Translations under genes and position numbers: made by a program | Shown here: one piece after another, positions 6,773 through 15,495 of the stretch | Numbering within the stretch: the first letter of the stretch is position 1 | Layout: each line of letters begins with the position of its first letter | The notes under the pieces: generated by a model | Told to the model about the DNA's origin: nothing | Seen by the model: only the letters and a program-made list of their open reading frames with translations | Databases searched by the model: none | Assembly: GCA_041498975.1 (NCBI GenBank) | Contig: JBGQJI010000034.1 | Coordinates: forward strand, 1 to 20,912 | Reading direction: 5' to 3' | DNA length: 20,912 nt | Source: Candidatus Methylomirabilis sp. | GTDB taxonomy: Bacteria; Methylomirabilota; Methylomirabilia; Methylomirabilales; Methylomirabilaceae

Positions 6773-6930
6773 GGGGTGAGCGATAGCGGTCGTTAGGAGA
6801 AGGAGGTGAAGGAAGGTCAAGGGAAGCGAGGTTCGGTACGAGCGTTCGGAGGGCTACGGTGCGGACATCGCCAGCCCCACTACACGGTCGGGCTGGATTC
6901 AACGCTTGAACGTTCAAGGAGGAGAAAACC

Positions 6931-7377
6931 ATGGGAAAAAGTCTGAGCGGAACCAAGAGTCATGAAAACCTCAAGAACGCCTTCGCGGGGGAGTCCCAGG
7001 CGAACCGCCGCTATCTCTATTTTTCGCGTGTGGCGGATATCGAAGGCTACCCTGACATCGGCGGCCTTTTCCGCGACACCGCCGAGGCGGAGACCGGCCA
7101 TGCGTTCGGCCACATGGACTTCCTCAAGCCGGTTGGGGACCCGGTCACTGGCGTTCCCTTCGGGAGCACCGAGAAGAACCTGAAGTCGGCCATCGAGGGC
7201 GAGACGTATGAGTACACGGAGATGTACCCGGGGATGGCGAAGACCGCCAGGGGAGAAGGTTTCGAAGAGTTGGCGGAGTGGTTCGAGACCCTGGCCAAGG
7301 CGGAGAAGTCACATGCCGGTCGGTTTACCAAGGGGCTGACCCAGATCGCGGGCAAGGAACCCGCGGCGGCGATCTAG
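6931..7377 (+). CDS. rbr: Rubrerythrin, short form without rubredoxin domain
   Basis: [51 protein letters not shown] diiron motifs. No C-terminal CxxC pairs. Confidence 0.95.
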   Translation: MGKSLSGTKSHENLKNAFAGESQANRRYLYFSRVADIEGYPDIGGLFRDTAEAETGHAFGHMDFLKPVGDPVTGVPFGSTEKNLKSAIEGETYEYTEMYPGMAKTARGEGFEELAEWFETLAKAEKSHAGRFTKGLTQIAGKEPAAAI

Positions 7378-7395
7378 CGCTGACAGGCCATAGCT

Positions 7396-7433
7396 GGCGG
7401 TTGGGGCGGGATTGTTCGCTCCAACCGCCTTTT
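7396..7433 (+). terminator. Intrinsic terminator-like hairpin after rbr
   Basis: GGCGGTTGGGGCGGG-ATTG-TTCGCTCCAACCGCC (15-bp stem including G:U pairs) followed by TTTT. Confidence 0.75.
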
Positions 7434-7513
7434 GTCTGACCCGAGCGGTGATGTGACGCACCCGATCACTGAGCCATGCGGTGGGATTTTCGCCCGGATA
7501 GGGGGACGGGATC

Positions 7514-8776
7514 ATGGGCTTCAACTTGACATCGGACACATTCTGGAGCGAGTCGGCGCTGGATCAGGAGCTGCGACGGGTCTTTGACCTGTGCAACGGC
7601 TGCCGCCGCTGCCTGCCGCTTTGTCCCTCTTTCAATACATTGTTCCGGCGGCTGGACGACGAGCGCGTAGACGGTGAGGCTGAAAGGCTTGGCGAAGGCG
7701 ATCTGAAGGTAGTGGGGTCGGAGTGCTACCAGTGTAAGCTCTGCTATAACCACTGCCCCTATACGCCCCCCCACCGCTGGGCGATCGATTTCCCCCGTCT
7801 CATGCTGCGGCAGAAGGTGGTGCAGTCCAGGAGTGCAGGCATCTCTTTACAGGACAGGATGCTGGGACGGCCCGATCTGATCGGCCGGATCGCCTGCAGG
7901 ACCGCCCCGCTGTCCAATCGCCTGATCAGGGCGCGGTGGAGCCGCCGGCTGATGGAGACGTTCCTCGGCATTCACCGGGATTGGCCGCTCGCCGATTACG
8001 CCTCCGAGGCGTTCGACCGCTGGTTCCACCGCGAGGGAGCGCAAAGGGCGGGGGCCACTGCGCCGCAGGGAAAGGTCGTCCTGTTCCCTACCTGTTCGGT
8101 CAACTATAACGATGTCGCCGTGGGACAGGCCGCAGTCCAAGTCCTCGCGAGGAATCGGCTCGAAGTGGCGGTGGAGTATCCTCGCTGCTGCGGCATGCCG
8201 GCCCTGGATGGCGGCGACCTGAAGGCCGCCCTCGAAGCGGCGCGGCTGAACGTTCGCGTGTTGGGCAATCGGGTGGCCGCCGGGTTCGACGTCGTCGTAC
8301 CGGGTCCCACCTGTAGTTACGTCTTCAAGCAGGAATATCCTGCGCTGCTCGAGGACGAGGCCAGTAGGAACGTGGCGGCCCACACCTTCGACCTCAGCGA
8401 GTACCTCATGCGCCTGCACGGAGAAGGCAGGCTCGACACCGGGTTCTCCGTCAACCCCGGAACGGTCGCGTATCATCTGCCGTGTCACCTGAAGGCCCAG
8501 AACATCGGATGCAAATCGCGCGACTTGATGCAGCTTGCAGGGGCGAGGGTGGACGTTGTCGAGAAGTGCTCGGCGGTGGACGGGACCTGGGGTATGAAAA
8601 CCCAGTACCATGAACTGTCGCTGAAGTGGGCCAAGCCGCTGTTGGACGCGGTGGAGGCAGCGAAACCCGATATCGTGGCTACCGACTGCCCCCTGTCGGC
8701 CCTTCGGATCTACCAGGGCACAGGCAGGCGTCCGGTTCATCCGGTCCAGGTGCTGCAGCGTGCCTACGGATTCTAA
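7514..8776 (+). CDS. Rubrerythrin-associated Fe-S oxidoreductase (GlpC/HdrD-like, two 4Fe-4S motifs plus CCG domains)
   Basis: CNGCRRCLPLCP and CYQCKLCYNHCP, RCCGMP, PTCS, HLPCH, KCSAVDGTWG, TDCPLS. Lies between rbr and a DUF3501-like gene. Confidence 0.9.
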   Translation: MGFNLTSDTFWSESALDQELRRVFDLCNGCRRCLPLCPSFNTLFRRLDDERVDGEAERLGEGDLKVVGSECYQCKLCYNHCPYTPPHRWAIDFPRLMLRQKVVQSRSAGISLQDRMLGRPDLIGRIACRTAPLSNRLIRARWSRRLMETFLGIHRDWPLADYASEAFDRWFHREGAQRAGATAPQGKVVLFPTCSVNYNDVAVGQAAVQVLARNRLEVAVEYPRCCGMPALDGGDLKAALEAARLNVRVLGNRVAAGFDVVVPGPTCSYVFKQEYPALLEDEASRNVAAHTFDLSEYLMRLHGEGRLDTGFSVNPGTVAYHLPCHLKAQNIGCKSRDLMQLAGARVDVVEKCSAVDGTWGMKTQYHELSLKWAKPLLDAVEAAKPDIVATDCPLSALRIYQGTGRRPVHPVQVLQRAYGF

Positions 8777-8834
8777 GCCCACGGCAGTGATGGAAGCAGG
8801 GCCGGTCTGGCGGGGGGCGCACAAGGGGGAGTGC

Positions 8835-9425
8835 ATGATGCGGAAAATCTCCAGGGCCGATGTGAAGGACTTGGTTCAGTATGAGAAGGTCAGAGACGAG
8901 ATGCGCCAACGGATTATCGCCCTCAAGCGGCCGCGCCGCGTTCCGGTCGGCGATCGCCTGACTTTCCTGTTCGAAAACCGTGAGACCGTCCTCTTCCAGA
9001 TCCAGGAGATGATCCGGACGGAGCGGATGGTGGATGAGCAGAAGATCGCGGAAGAGATCGAGATCAACAACGAGACGATTCCCGGCGAGCGGGAGCTTAG
9101 CACCACCATGTTCATCGAGGTGGATGAACCCGGGCAGATCCGCGAGGTGCTGGATCGCTTCCAGGGAATCGATCAAGGCGAGGTCGTCTACTTCCAGGTG
9201 GGCGAGCGGTTTAACGCCCCCGGAGTCTTCGAGGGCGGGCGAAGCAAGGACGACAAGATCAGCGCCGTTCACTACGTGAAGTTCCCGTTCTCGGAGCCGG
9301 CGCGAGAGGCCTTTCTCGATCAGAGCGTGCCGGTCGAACTCGTCGTGAACCACCCTCGCTATAGGGCACGAACGACGATCGATGGAAAAACCCGACAGGG
9401 GCTGATTGAAGACCTCACGGACTGA
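8835..9425 (+). CDS. DUF3501-family protein
   Basis: SD GGGGGAG before ATG-ATG (8835/8838). YEKVR, KRPRRVPVG, FENRETVLFQIQEMIRTE, SAVHYVKF, HPRY motifs. Typical third gene of the rbr-RFO cluster. Confidence 0.88.
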   Translation: MMRKISRADVKDLVQYEKVRDEMRQRIIALKRPRRVPVGDRLTFLFENRETVLFQIQEMIRTERMVDEQKIAEEIEINNETIPGERELSTTMFIEVDEPGQIREVLDRFQGIDQGEVVYFQVGERFNAPGVFEGGRSKDDKISAVHYVKFPFSEPAREAFLDQSVPVELVVNHPRYRARTTIDGKTRQGLIEDLTD

Positions 9426-9554
9426 CCTGGACCCCGAGACGGGCCTCTGAAACTCAGAGCGCGCCGATCGCATCATCGCTTTGCCCTCCTGCGAATAGGG
9501 TGCATCGTCCGTGTAATTCGGCTGTGAAATGTTCGACATGTCATCTTTTTGGTC

Positions 9555-9583
9555 TTGACTTGCGCAGGCCGCCATACTATAAG
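9555..9583 (+). promoter_or_regulatory. Sigma70 promoter of the Rieske/cytb operon
   Basis: TTGACT (9555-9560), 17 nt, TATAAG (9578-9583). Confidence 0.6.
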
Positions 9584-9639
9584 AGTCGTCATTGTCTTTC
9601 GTCAGACAACCGAGTTTAGGGGATGAGGCGAGGCGCGAA

Positions 9640-10200
9640 ATGGCCGATGAGATGATCGCGAGGAGTGCTCAGGCGGACCGCCTGATCATCGAGCCGGAGG
9701 AGGCCGCGGCGACCATCTGGTCCCGCCGAGACTTCTTCTCCTTTGCCGGATGGGCCGGGATACTGGCCGCTCTCGGCGTCGGCGGCTTGGCCTTCGGGCG
9801 GTTCATGTTTCCACGGGTGCTGTTCGAGCCCGCGCCGGTCTTTAAAGCCGGCCTGCCGGATGAGTATCCCGTTGGGACCGTCAGTGAACGGTGGAAACAG
9901 GAACAGCGCGTATGGATCGTCCACGATCCCGATGGCTTTTATGCGCTCCTTGCGATCTGCACACACCTCGGTTGCACCCCGAACTGGCTGAACGCTGAAA
10001 ATAAGTTCAAGTGTCCCTGCCACGGCAGCGGCTTCCGCAGGACCGGGGTGAACTTCGAGGGGCCGGCGCCCAGGCCGCTGGATCGGGTCAAGATTGCCCT
10101 GGCCGATGACGGGCAGCTGCTGATCGATAAGAGCATTCAGTTCCGGTACGAGAGAGGGGACTGGAGCAAACCAGGAGCTTTTCTCACACTCAAGGCCTAG
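9640..10200 (+). CDS. qcrA: Rieske 2Fe-2S subunit of a Rieske/cytochrome b complex
   Basis: Tat motif SRRDFF plus TM helix, CTHLGC and CPCHGSGF boxes, GPAPRPL. Likely start ATG 9640 (track start 9592). Confidence 0.95.
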   Translation: MADEMIARSAQADRLIIEPEEAAATIWSRRDFFSFAGWAGILAALGVGGLAFGRFMFPRVLFEPAPVFKAGLPDEYPVGTVSERWKQEQRVWIVHDPDGFYALLAICTHLGCTPNWLNAENKFKCPCHGSGFRRTGVNFEGPAPRPLDRVKIALADDGQLLIDKSIQFRYERGDWSKPGAFLTLKA

Positions 10201-10223
10201 CTCAGAAGGGGAAGGATCCAAGA

Positions 10224-10994
10224 GTGCCTGACTTGAAAGAGCTGAAGAAAAAGGTTGTTGAGTCGCAACTGTGGCGGTCGATGTTCCGTCACGATTATCT
10301 GGACACCCCCAGAAACCGGGTGCTCCAGATCATGGCGAACGTTTGGCTACACCTGCATCCGCCCAAAATCCGCCGCCACGCCATCAAAATCCGCTTTACC
10401 TGGTGCATGGGAGGCATTACCTTCCTGATGTTTCTGGTCACCGTCGTGACCGGCGTCGTCCTGATGTTCTACTACCGTCCGGTCGGAGAGTACGCCTATG
10501 CAGACATGAAATACCTTGAGTTTGACGTCCCGTTCGGCATGATCGTCCGTAATATGCATCGGTGGGCGGCGCACGGCATGGTGATCACCGTCTGGCTCCA
10601 CATGTTCCGCGTCTTCATGACCGGGTCTTACAAACCTCCGAGGGAATTCAACTGGGTGGTGGGCGTGGTGTTGCTGACCCTCACGCTGCTCCTGAGCTTC
10701 ACCGGCTATCTCTTGCCCTGGGATCAACTGTCGATCTGGGCCGTGACGGTCGGTACCAACATGGCCCGCGCGACGCCGCTCTTGGGCAGCGAAGGCCCGT
10801 TCGCCCAGGTGGTGGGGGTCACCCCTCGCTATGACGCCAGGGCCTTTCTGCTTGGTGGGACGATCGTCGGACCTCCCACATTGCTCAGGTTTTACGTCCT
10901 TCATTGCATCTTCCTTCCCATCCTGGCCAGCCTCCTGATGATCGTGCATTTCTGGAGGATCAGGAAGGACGGCGGGATCTCTGGCCCTTTGTGA
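10224..10994 (+). CDS. qcrB: Cytochrome b6-like subunit (split cytochrome b, helices A-D)
   Basis: [50 protein letters not shown]-x14-H, C-terminal GISGPL. Confidence 0.95.
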   Translation: MPDLKELKKKVVESQLWRSMFRHDYLDTPRNRVLQIMANVWLHLHPPKIRRHAIKIRFTWCMGGITFLMFLVTVVTGVVLMFYYRPVGEYAYADMKYLEFDVPFGMIVRNMHRWAAHGMVITVWLHMFRVFMTGSYKPPREFNWVVGVVLLTLTLLLSFTGYLLPWDQLSIWAVTVGTNMARATPLLGSEGPFAQVVGVTPRYDARAFLLGGTIVGPPTLLRFYVLHCIFLPILASLLMIVHFWRIRKDGGISGPL

Positions 10995-11081
10995 GTCTCC
11001 TGCAAGCGGACGAGAACGGATGATGGGCTTCGCGGCCATCATCGGGTTGCGGGTGTGTGGTTAAAGGGGTAACCGAGAAGG

Positions 11082-11885
11082 ATGGCTGCAGCCAAAGAGA
11101 TCGCGGCCGTGAGCAAGCCGGCAGCCGGAGCGGCCGAGCCCGCTGTGGCCGACCGCGTCCATGTCTGGCCCTACCTTGTCCGGAACGAGTTCATCTGCTC
11201 GATCATTGTGATGGTCATTCTGACGGTCTGGTCGATCACCATCAACGCCCCCCTGGAGGACCCCGCCAACCCAACCCAAACCCCCAACCCCAGTAAGGCC
11301 CCATGGTATTTTCTCGGGCTTCAGGAGATGCTGGTCTATTTCGACCCATGGTTCGCCGGCGTGGTCCTGCCCAGCCTGATCATTGTCGGGCTCATGGTCC
11401 TTCCTTACATCGACATCAACCCCAAGGGGAACGGCTACTACACCTTCAAGGAGCGGCCGTTCGCCATTGCCACCTTCCTCTTCGGGTTCATTTTTCTGTG
11501 GGTGTCTCTGATCATCACCGGTGTCTTCTTCCGCGGGCCCGGTTGGAACCTGTTCTGGCCGTGGGAGACGTGGGACCCTCACATGGTCATCGCGTTGACG
11601 AACGTCGATCTCCCTGCCTGGGGTCCGTTCAAGTGGACGGGGAACCCCAAGGTGGCTGGGATCGAGGTGATCGGGTTGGTGCTCAGCATTCTCTACTTCA
11701 GCACCGCGGTGATTTTCTACTTCTGGAAACGGGACACCAGCGAGACCATCCGTCAGTTGGGCCCGCTACGCTACGGGATCGTGGCCGTGCTCTTTCTGAC
11801 CATGATGAGCCTTCCGCTCAAGGTCTTCCTCCGCCTGGCCTTCAACATCAAGTATGTCTGGGTGACCCCCTGGTTCAACATTTGA
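11082..11885 (+). CDS. Cytochrome b C-terminal / subunit IV (PetD-like)
   Basis: APLEDPANPTQTPNPSKAPWYFLGLQE (PEWY-equivalent region), LPYIDINP, KERPFA, extra C-terminal TM helices. Confidence 0.9.
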   Translation: MAAAKEIAAVSKPAAGAAEPAVADRVHVWPYLVRNEFICSIIVMVILTVWSITINAPLEDPANPTQTPNPSKAPWYFLGLQEMLVYFDPWFAGVVLPSLIIVGLMVLPYIDINPKGNGYYTFKERPFAIATFLFGFIFLWVSLIITGVFFRGPGWNLFWPWETWDPHMVIALTNVDLPAWGPFKWTGNPKVAGIEVIGLVLSILYFSTAVIFYFWKRDTSETIRQLGPLRYGIVAVLFLTMMSLPLKVFLRLAFNIKYVWVTPWFNI

Positions 11886-11903
11886 TCCCTGACCCGAGGT
11901 TTC

Positions 11904-14660
11904 ATGGTGCGGTGGTGGGCACGGCGGCGCAGCCGTAAGCTGGCCGAAGAACAATCGCTGCGGATCGTCTTCTTTGTCTGCAGCATGCTCTTCGTCCTGG
12001 TCACCGGCTGGGCTGTCTGGAACGAAGAGGCGACCCGGCGTCCATGGAAGGAGTATCAGCTTGAGTTCAACCGCTTGGAGTATCAGCAAGCGTCTCAGGA
12101 ACTGGCCAACGAGAGATCCAGGTTTGCCTCCCCTGAAGTTCAGGCCGCCTTTGCCAAGCTGCAAGGCGACTTGAAGGCGGCGAGTGCGCACTTGGCCGGA
12201 GCCGACTACACCAAAGCGCAGCAGGTCCTGGCGCAACGGCAGGCTGAATATGACGATCTGAATACGAAGGCTCAGTTCATCAAAAGCGAGCTGGACGAGG
12301 CGTTCTACTGGGTGGATCATGCGCTCTATGAGAAACAGGATACGAAAGGGTTTCGGGCCAAGGTCGCCCTGATCGAGAAGCAGCTCCAAGACATCACGCC
12401 CAAGCTGAACATCCAGAACGCGCGAGTGGAGGAGGCTGAGGCTGAACTGAAGCGGTTTCGGACCGATGTCGAGACCATCGAGGCCAAACGTGAGGAGTTG
12501 GCCGGCCCGGTCGCTTCGCTGGAGCGGCGGCTGGCGTCGATAAAGGCCCGTTCCCCCGAGGTGAAGCAGGTCGTTGTGGAGGGCCTGGCGGTCAACGACT
12601 TCAAAGAACCGATCCTGACGGTCGATCGTTGCACCACCTGCCACCTCGGGATCGGCCGGCCCGGTTTTGAGCAGGCGAAACAGCCCTTCCGCACCCACCC
12701 GCATCGAGAGGTGCTGTTCGGGAATCATGCCTTTACCCGCTTCGGCTGCACATCGTGCCACCAGGGCCAGGGGCCTGCCCTTGAGGTGGAGGCCGCCCAT
12801 GGGGACGTCCACCACTGGGAGCGACCGCTGTTGCGAGGCGATTTCGTCCAAGCCGGCTGCCGGAAGTGCCACGTTGAGGAGAAAGAGATCCCGCTCGCGC
12901 CGATCTACTCACGTGGGCGGCAGATGGTGGAGGAGCTCGGGTGCTTTGGGTGCCACAATCTACCAGGTTTCGAGAAGCTCCAGAAGGTCGGACCGGACCT
13001 CACGCGGATCGCCAACAAGGTCGATCCGAGCTGGCTCTTCCGATGGATCAAGGATCCGAAGGGGTATCTCCCGAAGACGAAGATGCCGAGTTTCGGCCTT
13101 TCTGATGAGGACGCGTTGAGCGTCGCCGCGTATCTTCTCAGTGTCTCCCAGCCGATGCTGGAGCTTCGCGGCGCGTTCAAGGCTGCCACCTCAGTCGAGC
13201 GCGGCAGGGAGATCGTGAGCAAGGTCGGCTGCCTCGGCTGCCACCGGATCTCCGGCATGGACGTACAGGCTCAGCCCGCGGCGCCCCCGCCTGCCGTCCT
13301 GTCCGCCCCATCCACGGGGGCGAGTCAGGCGACCGGAGGGGGGTCTGAGAAACAGGCGCCGGCCGGAGCAGAAAAGGAAGAAAAGGCCGGGCCTGGGCCT
13401 GCTGCGAGACCCGAAAAGAGCAGGCTCACGGCGCCTCCTCCCCCGCCTGAGAATCAGGAGTTCGCGCCCGATCTCTCCAGAATAGCCAGCAAGGTGAGCG
13501 CAGACTGGCTCTTTGCCTGGGTCAAGGATCCGAAGCACTTCCGCCCGACAACCCGGATGCCCAGTCTGCGCCTCTCCGACGAGGAGGCGAGGGCTGTGAC
13601 CGCCTTCCTGATGACGCTTGGGCAGAGACGGCCTATTCCAGGCATCGAGCAGGAGATCAAGCGGGGGGATCGGATCGCGGCGGGGGAGCGCCTCATTCGA
13701 AAGCGGGGCTGCTTCGGCTGCCACGACATCAAGGGGTTTGAAACGTCGGAGAGGATCGCGCCCGATCTGAGCAACTTCGGCTACAAGCGGTTGCTCGAGC
13801 TGTTCTTCGGCGAGGCCGTTGGGGTGAAGCAGACCTGGGAGGACTACACCTTCTGGAAGCTGAAGAATCCGCAGATCTATGCGACCGAACGGGTGGAGCA
13901 GTTGATGCCGAACTTCGGCTTCTCCGACGAGCAGGTCCGGACGCTGAGGGTCTTCCTGAAGAGCTTGTCCACCCAGCGTGTCCACCCGCAGTTCCAATGG
14001 AGCCTTTCCGGCGAAGAACTGGACATCCAGAACGGGCGCTCCCTGGTGAAGCGGTACAACTGCAACGGGTGCCACGTCATCGAGGGGCAGGGCGGGGCGA
14101 TCGGCGCCTTCTACGCCGACAAGGCGAAGACCCCACCGCCCCTCGAAGTCGGGGCGCTGCACGAGGGCGAAAAGGTCCAAGCCACGTGGCTCTATCAATT
14201 CCTGGGGCGACCGACGCCGCTGAGGCCCTGGCTCGATGTCCGGATGCCGACCTTCGGTCTCAGCATCGAGGAGGCCACGGCCTTGACCAGCTATTTCGCG
14301 GTCATGGGGAAGCAGCGGGTTCCCTATGAGTATGTCCTGGTGCAGGAGCCGCCGGCGGCGCACATAAAGGCCGGCAGGCTGTTGATGGCTAAGGACTACT
14401 TCGACTGCTTCAGTTGCCATCAGCAAGGCGATAGAAAGCCCGAGGGTCCGCCTGAAGGGTGGGCCCCGGATCTCAGCATGGCCAAGCGCCGCCTGCGACC
14501 GGTCTGGATTGCGAGGTGGCTGAAGGATCCGCAACAGGTCCAACCCGGGACCAAGATGCCCAGCTACTATCCCGGCGGTCCCGACGATATCCTCGAAGGG
14601 AAGGAGGACCGGCAGATCCAGGCGATCACCGATTACGTGATGCACCTGGGCGAGCGGTGA
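11904..14660 (+). CDS. Membrane-anchored octaheme cytochrome c
   Basis: N-terminal TM helix, long helical/coiled-coil stalk, 8 CxxCH motifs (CTTCH, CTSCH, CRKCH, CFGCH, CLGCH, CFGCH, CNGCH, CFSCH). The last five are each followed by a class I-type xMPxF/L/Y motif. Exact start uncertain. Confidence 0.92.
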   Translation: MVRWWARRRSRKLAEEQSLRIVFFVCSMLFVLVTGWAVWNEEATRRPWKEYQLEFNRLEYQQASQELANERSRFASPEVQAAFAKLQGDLKAASAHLAGADYTKAQQVLAQRQAEYDDLNTKAQFIKSELDEAFYWVDHALYEKQDTKGFRAKVALIEKQLQDITPKLNIQNARVEEAEAELKRFRTDVETIEAKREELAGPVASLERRLASIKARSPEVKQVVVEGLAVNDFKEPILTVDRCTTCHLGIGRPGFEQAKQPFRTHPHREVLFGNHAFTRFGCTSCHQGQGPALEVEAAHGDVHHWERPLLRGDFVQAGCRKCHVEEKEIPLAPIYSRGRQMVEELGCFGCHNLPGFEKLQKVGPDLTRIANKVDPSWLFRWIKDPKGYLPKTKMPSFGLSDEDALSVAAYLLSVSQPMLELRGAFKAATSVERGREIVSKVGCLGCHRISGMDVQAQPAAPPPAVLSAPSTGASQATGGGSEKQAPAGAEKEEKAGPGPAARPEKSRLTAPPPPPENQEFAPDLSRIASKVSADWLFAWVKDPKHFRPTTRMPSLRLSDEEARAVTAFLMTLGQRRPIPGIEQEIKRGDRIAAGERLIRKRGCFGCHDIKGFETSERIAPDLSNFGYKRLLELFFGEAVGVKQTWEDYTFWKLKNPQIYATERVEQLMPNFGFSDEQVRTLRVFLKSLSTQRVHPQFQWSLSGEELDIQNGRSLVKRYNCNGCHVIEGQGGAIGAFYADKAKTPPPLEVGALHEGEKVQATWLYQFLGRPTPLRPWLDVRMPTFGLSIEEATALTSYFAVMGKQRVPYEYVLVQEPPAAHIKAGRLLMAKDYFDCFSCHQQGDRKPEGPPEGWAPDLSMAKRRLRPVWIARWLKDPQQVQPGTKMPSYYPGGPDDILEGKEDRQIQAITDYVMHLGER

Positions 14661-14734
14661 TCTGTAGCGTCCGTTGGGTGAGAGGCGTATACTGGAATAG
14701 AAAGACCGACATGCTCACAAGGAGGAGTGGACCC

Positions 14735-15472
14735 ATGGAGAAGGCGAAGGAGAAGACACAGCGTATCATGGCAGCGGCCGCCGCAGCGGTCCTGATCCTC
14801 GGGGCGGTTGATCAAGCCCGGGCCTACGAGGGAGGCGAGGTGAAAGACGGAGGAACGATCTCCGGCAAGGTCACGTTCGCCGGGGCAGCACCGGCGAGGA
14901 AAGAGATCCAGGTCACCAAGGACAATGAGGTCTGCGGGAAGGAGAAGCATCTGAGCTGGGATCTCATCGTCGGTCCCAACAAGGGGATCGAAAACGTGGT
15001 CGTCCGCCTGGTTGATATCAAGAAGGGAAAGAAGTGGTCGAGCACAAAGCCGACGTTGGATCAGAGAGGCTGCGTGTACACGCCTCATGTCGTGGTGGCG
15101 CCAGCGGGGGGTGAGCTGGACATCCTGAATAGCGATGGGATCCTCCATAACATCCATACCTACAGCACAGCGAATCCGCCGATCAACAAAGCTCAGCCGA
15201 AGTTCAAGAAGGTGCTGACCGAGAAGTTCGCCAAGGCGGAGACTTTTCAGGCCAAATGCGATGCGCATGGGTGGATGAGTGGCTGGATTGTCGTGTCCGA
15301 GCATCCATATGTCGCGGTCAGCGACGGGAAGGGTGAATTCACCCTGAAGGATGTTCCACCGGGACAGTACAAGCTGGAGGTCTGGCAGGAGACCCTTGGC
15401 AAGACCGTGAAGGATGTCACCGTCAAGGCGAAGGAGGAGACCAAGGTCAACGTGGAACTCGCCAAGAAGTAG
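14735..15472 (+). CDS. Secreted protein with carboxypeptidase-regulatory-like beta-sandwich and putative cupredoxin (type 1 Cu) domain
   Basis: SD AAGGAGGAG, ATG 14735, signal peptide ending ARA-Y. GTISGKV and GEFTLKDVPPGQYKLEVW flank LDQRGCVYTPH, NSDGILHNIH and KCDAHGWM. Confidence 0.8.
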   Translation: MEKAKEKTQRIMAAAAAAVLILGAVDQARAYEGGEVKDGGTISGKVTFAGAAPARKEIQVTKDNEVCGKEKHLSWDLIVGPNKGIENVVVRLVDIKKGKKWSSTKPTLDQRGCVYTPHVVVAPAGGELDILNSDGILHNIHTYSTANPPINKAQPKFKKVLTEKFAKAETFQAKCDAHGWMSGWIVVSEHPYVAVSDGKGEFTLKDVPPGQYKLEVWQETLGKTVKDVTVKAKEETKVNVELAKK

Positions 15473-15495
15473 CGTTGGCGCGTGCGCATGGCCGA

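Noticed and set aside
6795..6946. Strong SD-like run (AGGAGAAGGAGGTGA) with a possible 46-aa ORF from GTG 6806 overlapping the rbr start
   Set aside because: Product has no recognisable features and runs out of frame over the rbr RBS. Cannot be supported without Ribo-seq.
7514..8776. Anaerobic glycerol-3-phosphate dehydrogenase subunit C (glpC)
   Set aside because: Same fold family, but no glpA/glpB nearby. The rbr and DUF3501 context indicates the rubrerythrin-associated oxidoreductase.
13191..14645. 484-aa antisense ORF, and similar long shadows (1692-2546, 4566-5513, 7847-8836, 8679-9575, 11766-12872, 14633-15538)
   Set aside because: Opposite strand of well-supported genes in GC-rich DNA, with no motifs or SD sites. 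Expected codon-bias shadows.
11904..14660. Hydroxylamine oxidoreductase-type octaheme enzyme
   Set aside because: Eight hemes, but five sit in widely spaced class I His/Met domains, unlike HAO, ONR or OTR spacing, and there is no CxxCK motif.
14459..14734. N-terminal extensions of track ORFs 14459..15472 and 18222..19376
   Set aside because: They overlap upstream genes. SD-supported starts are at 14735 and 18411.
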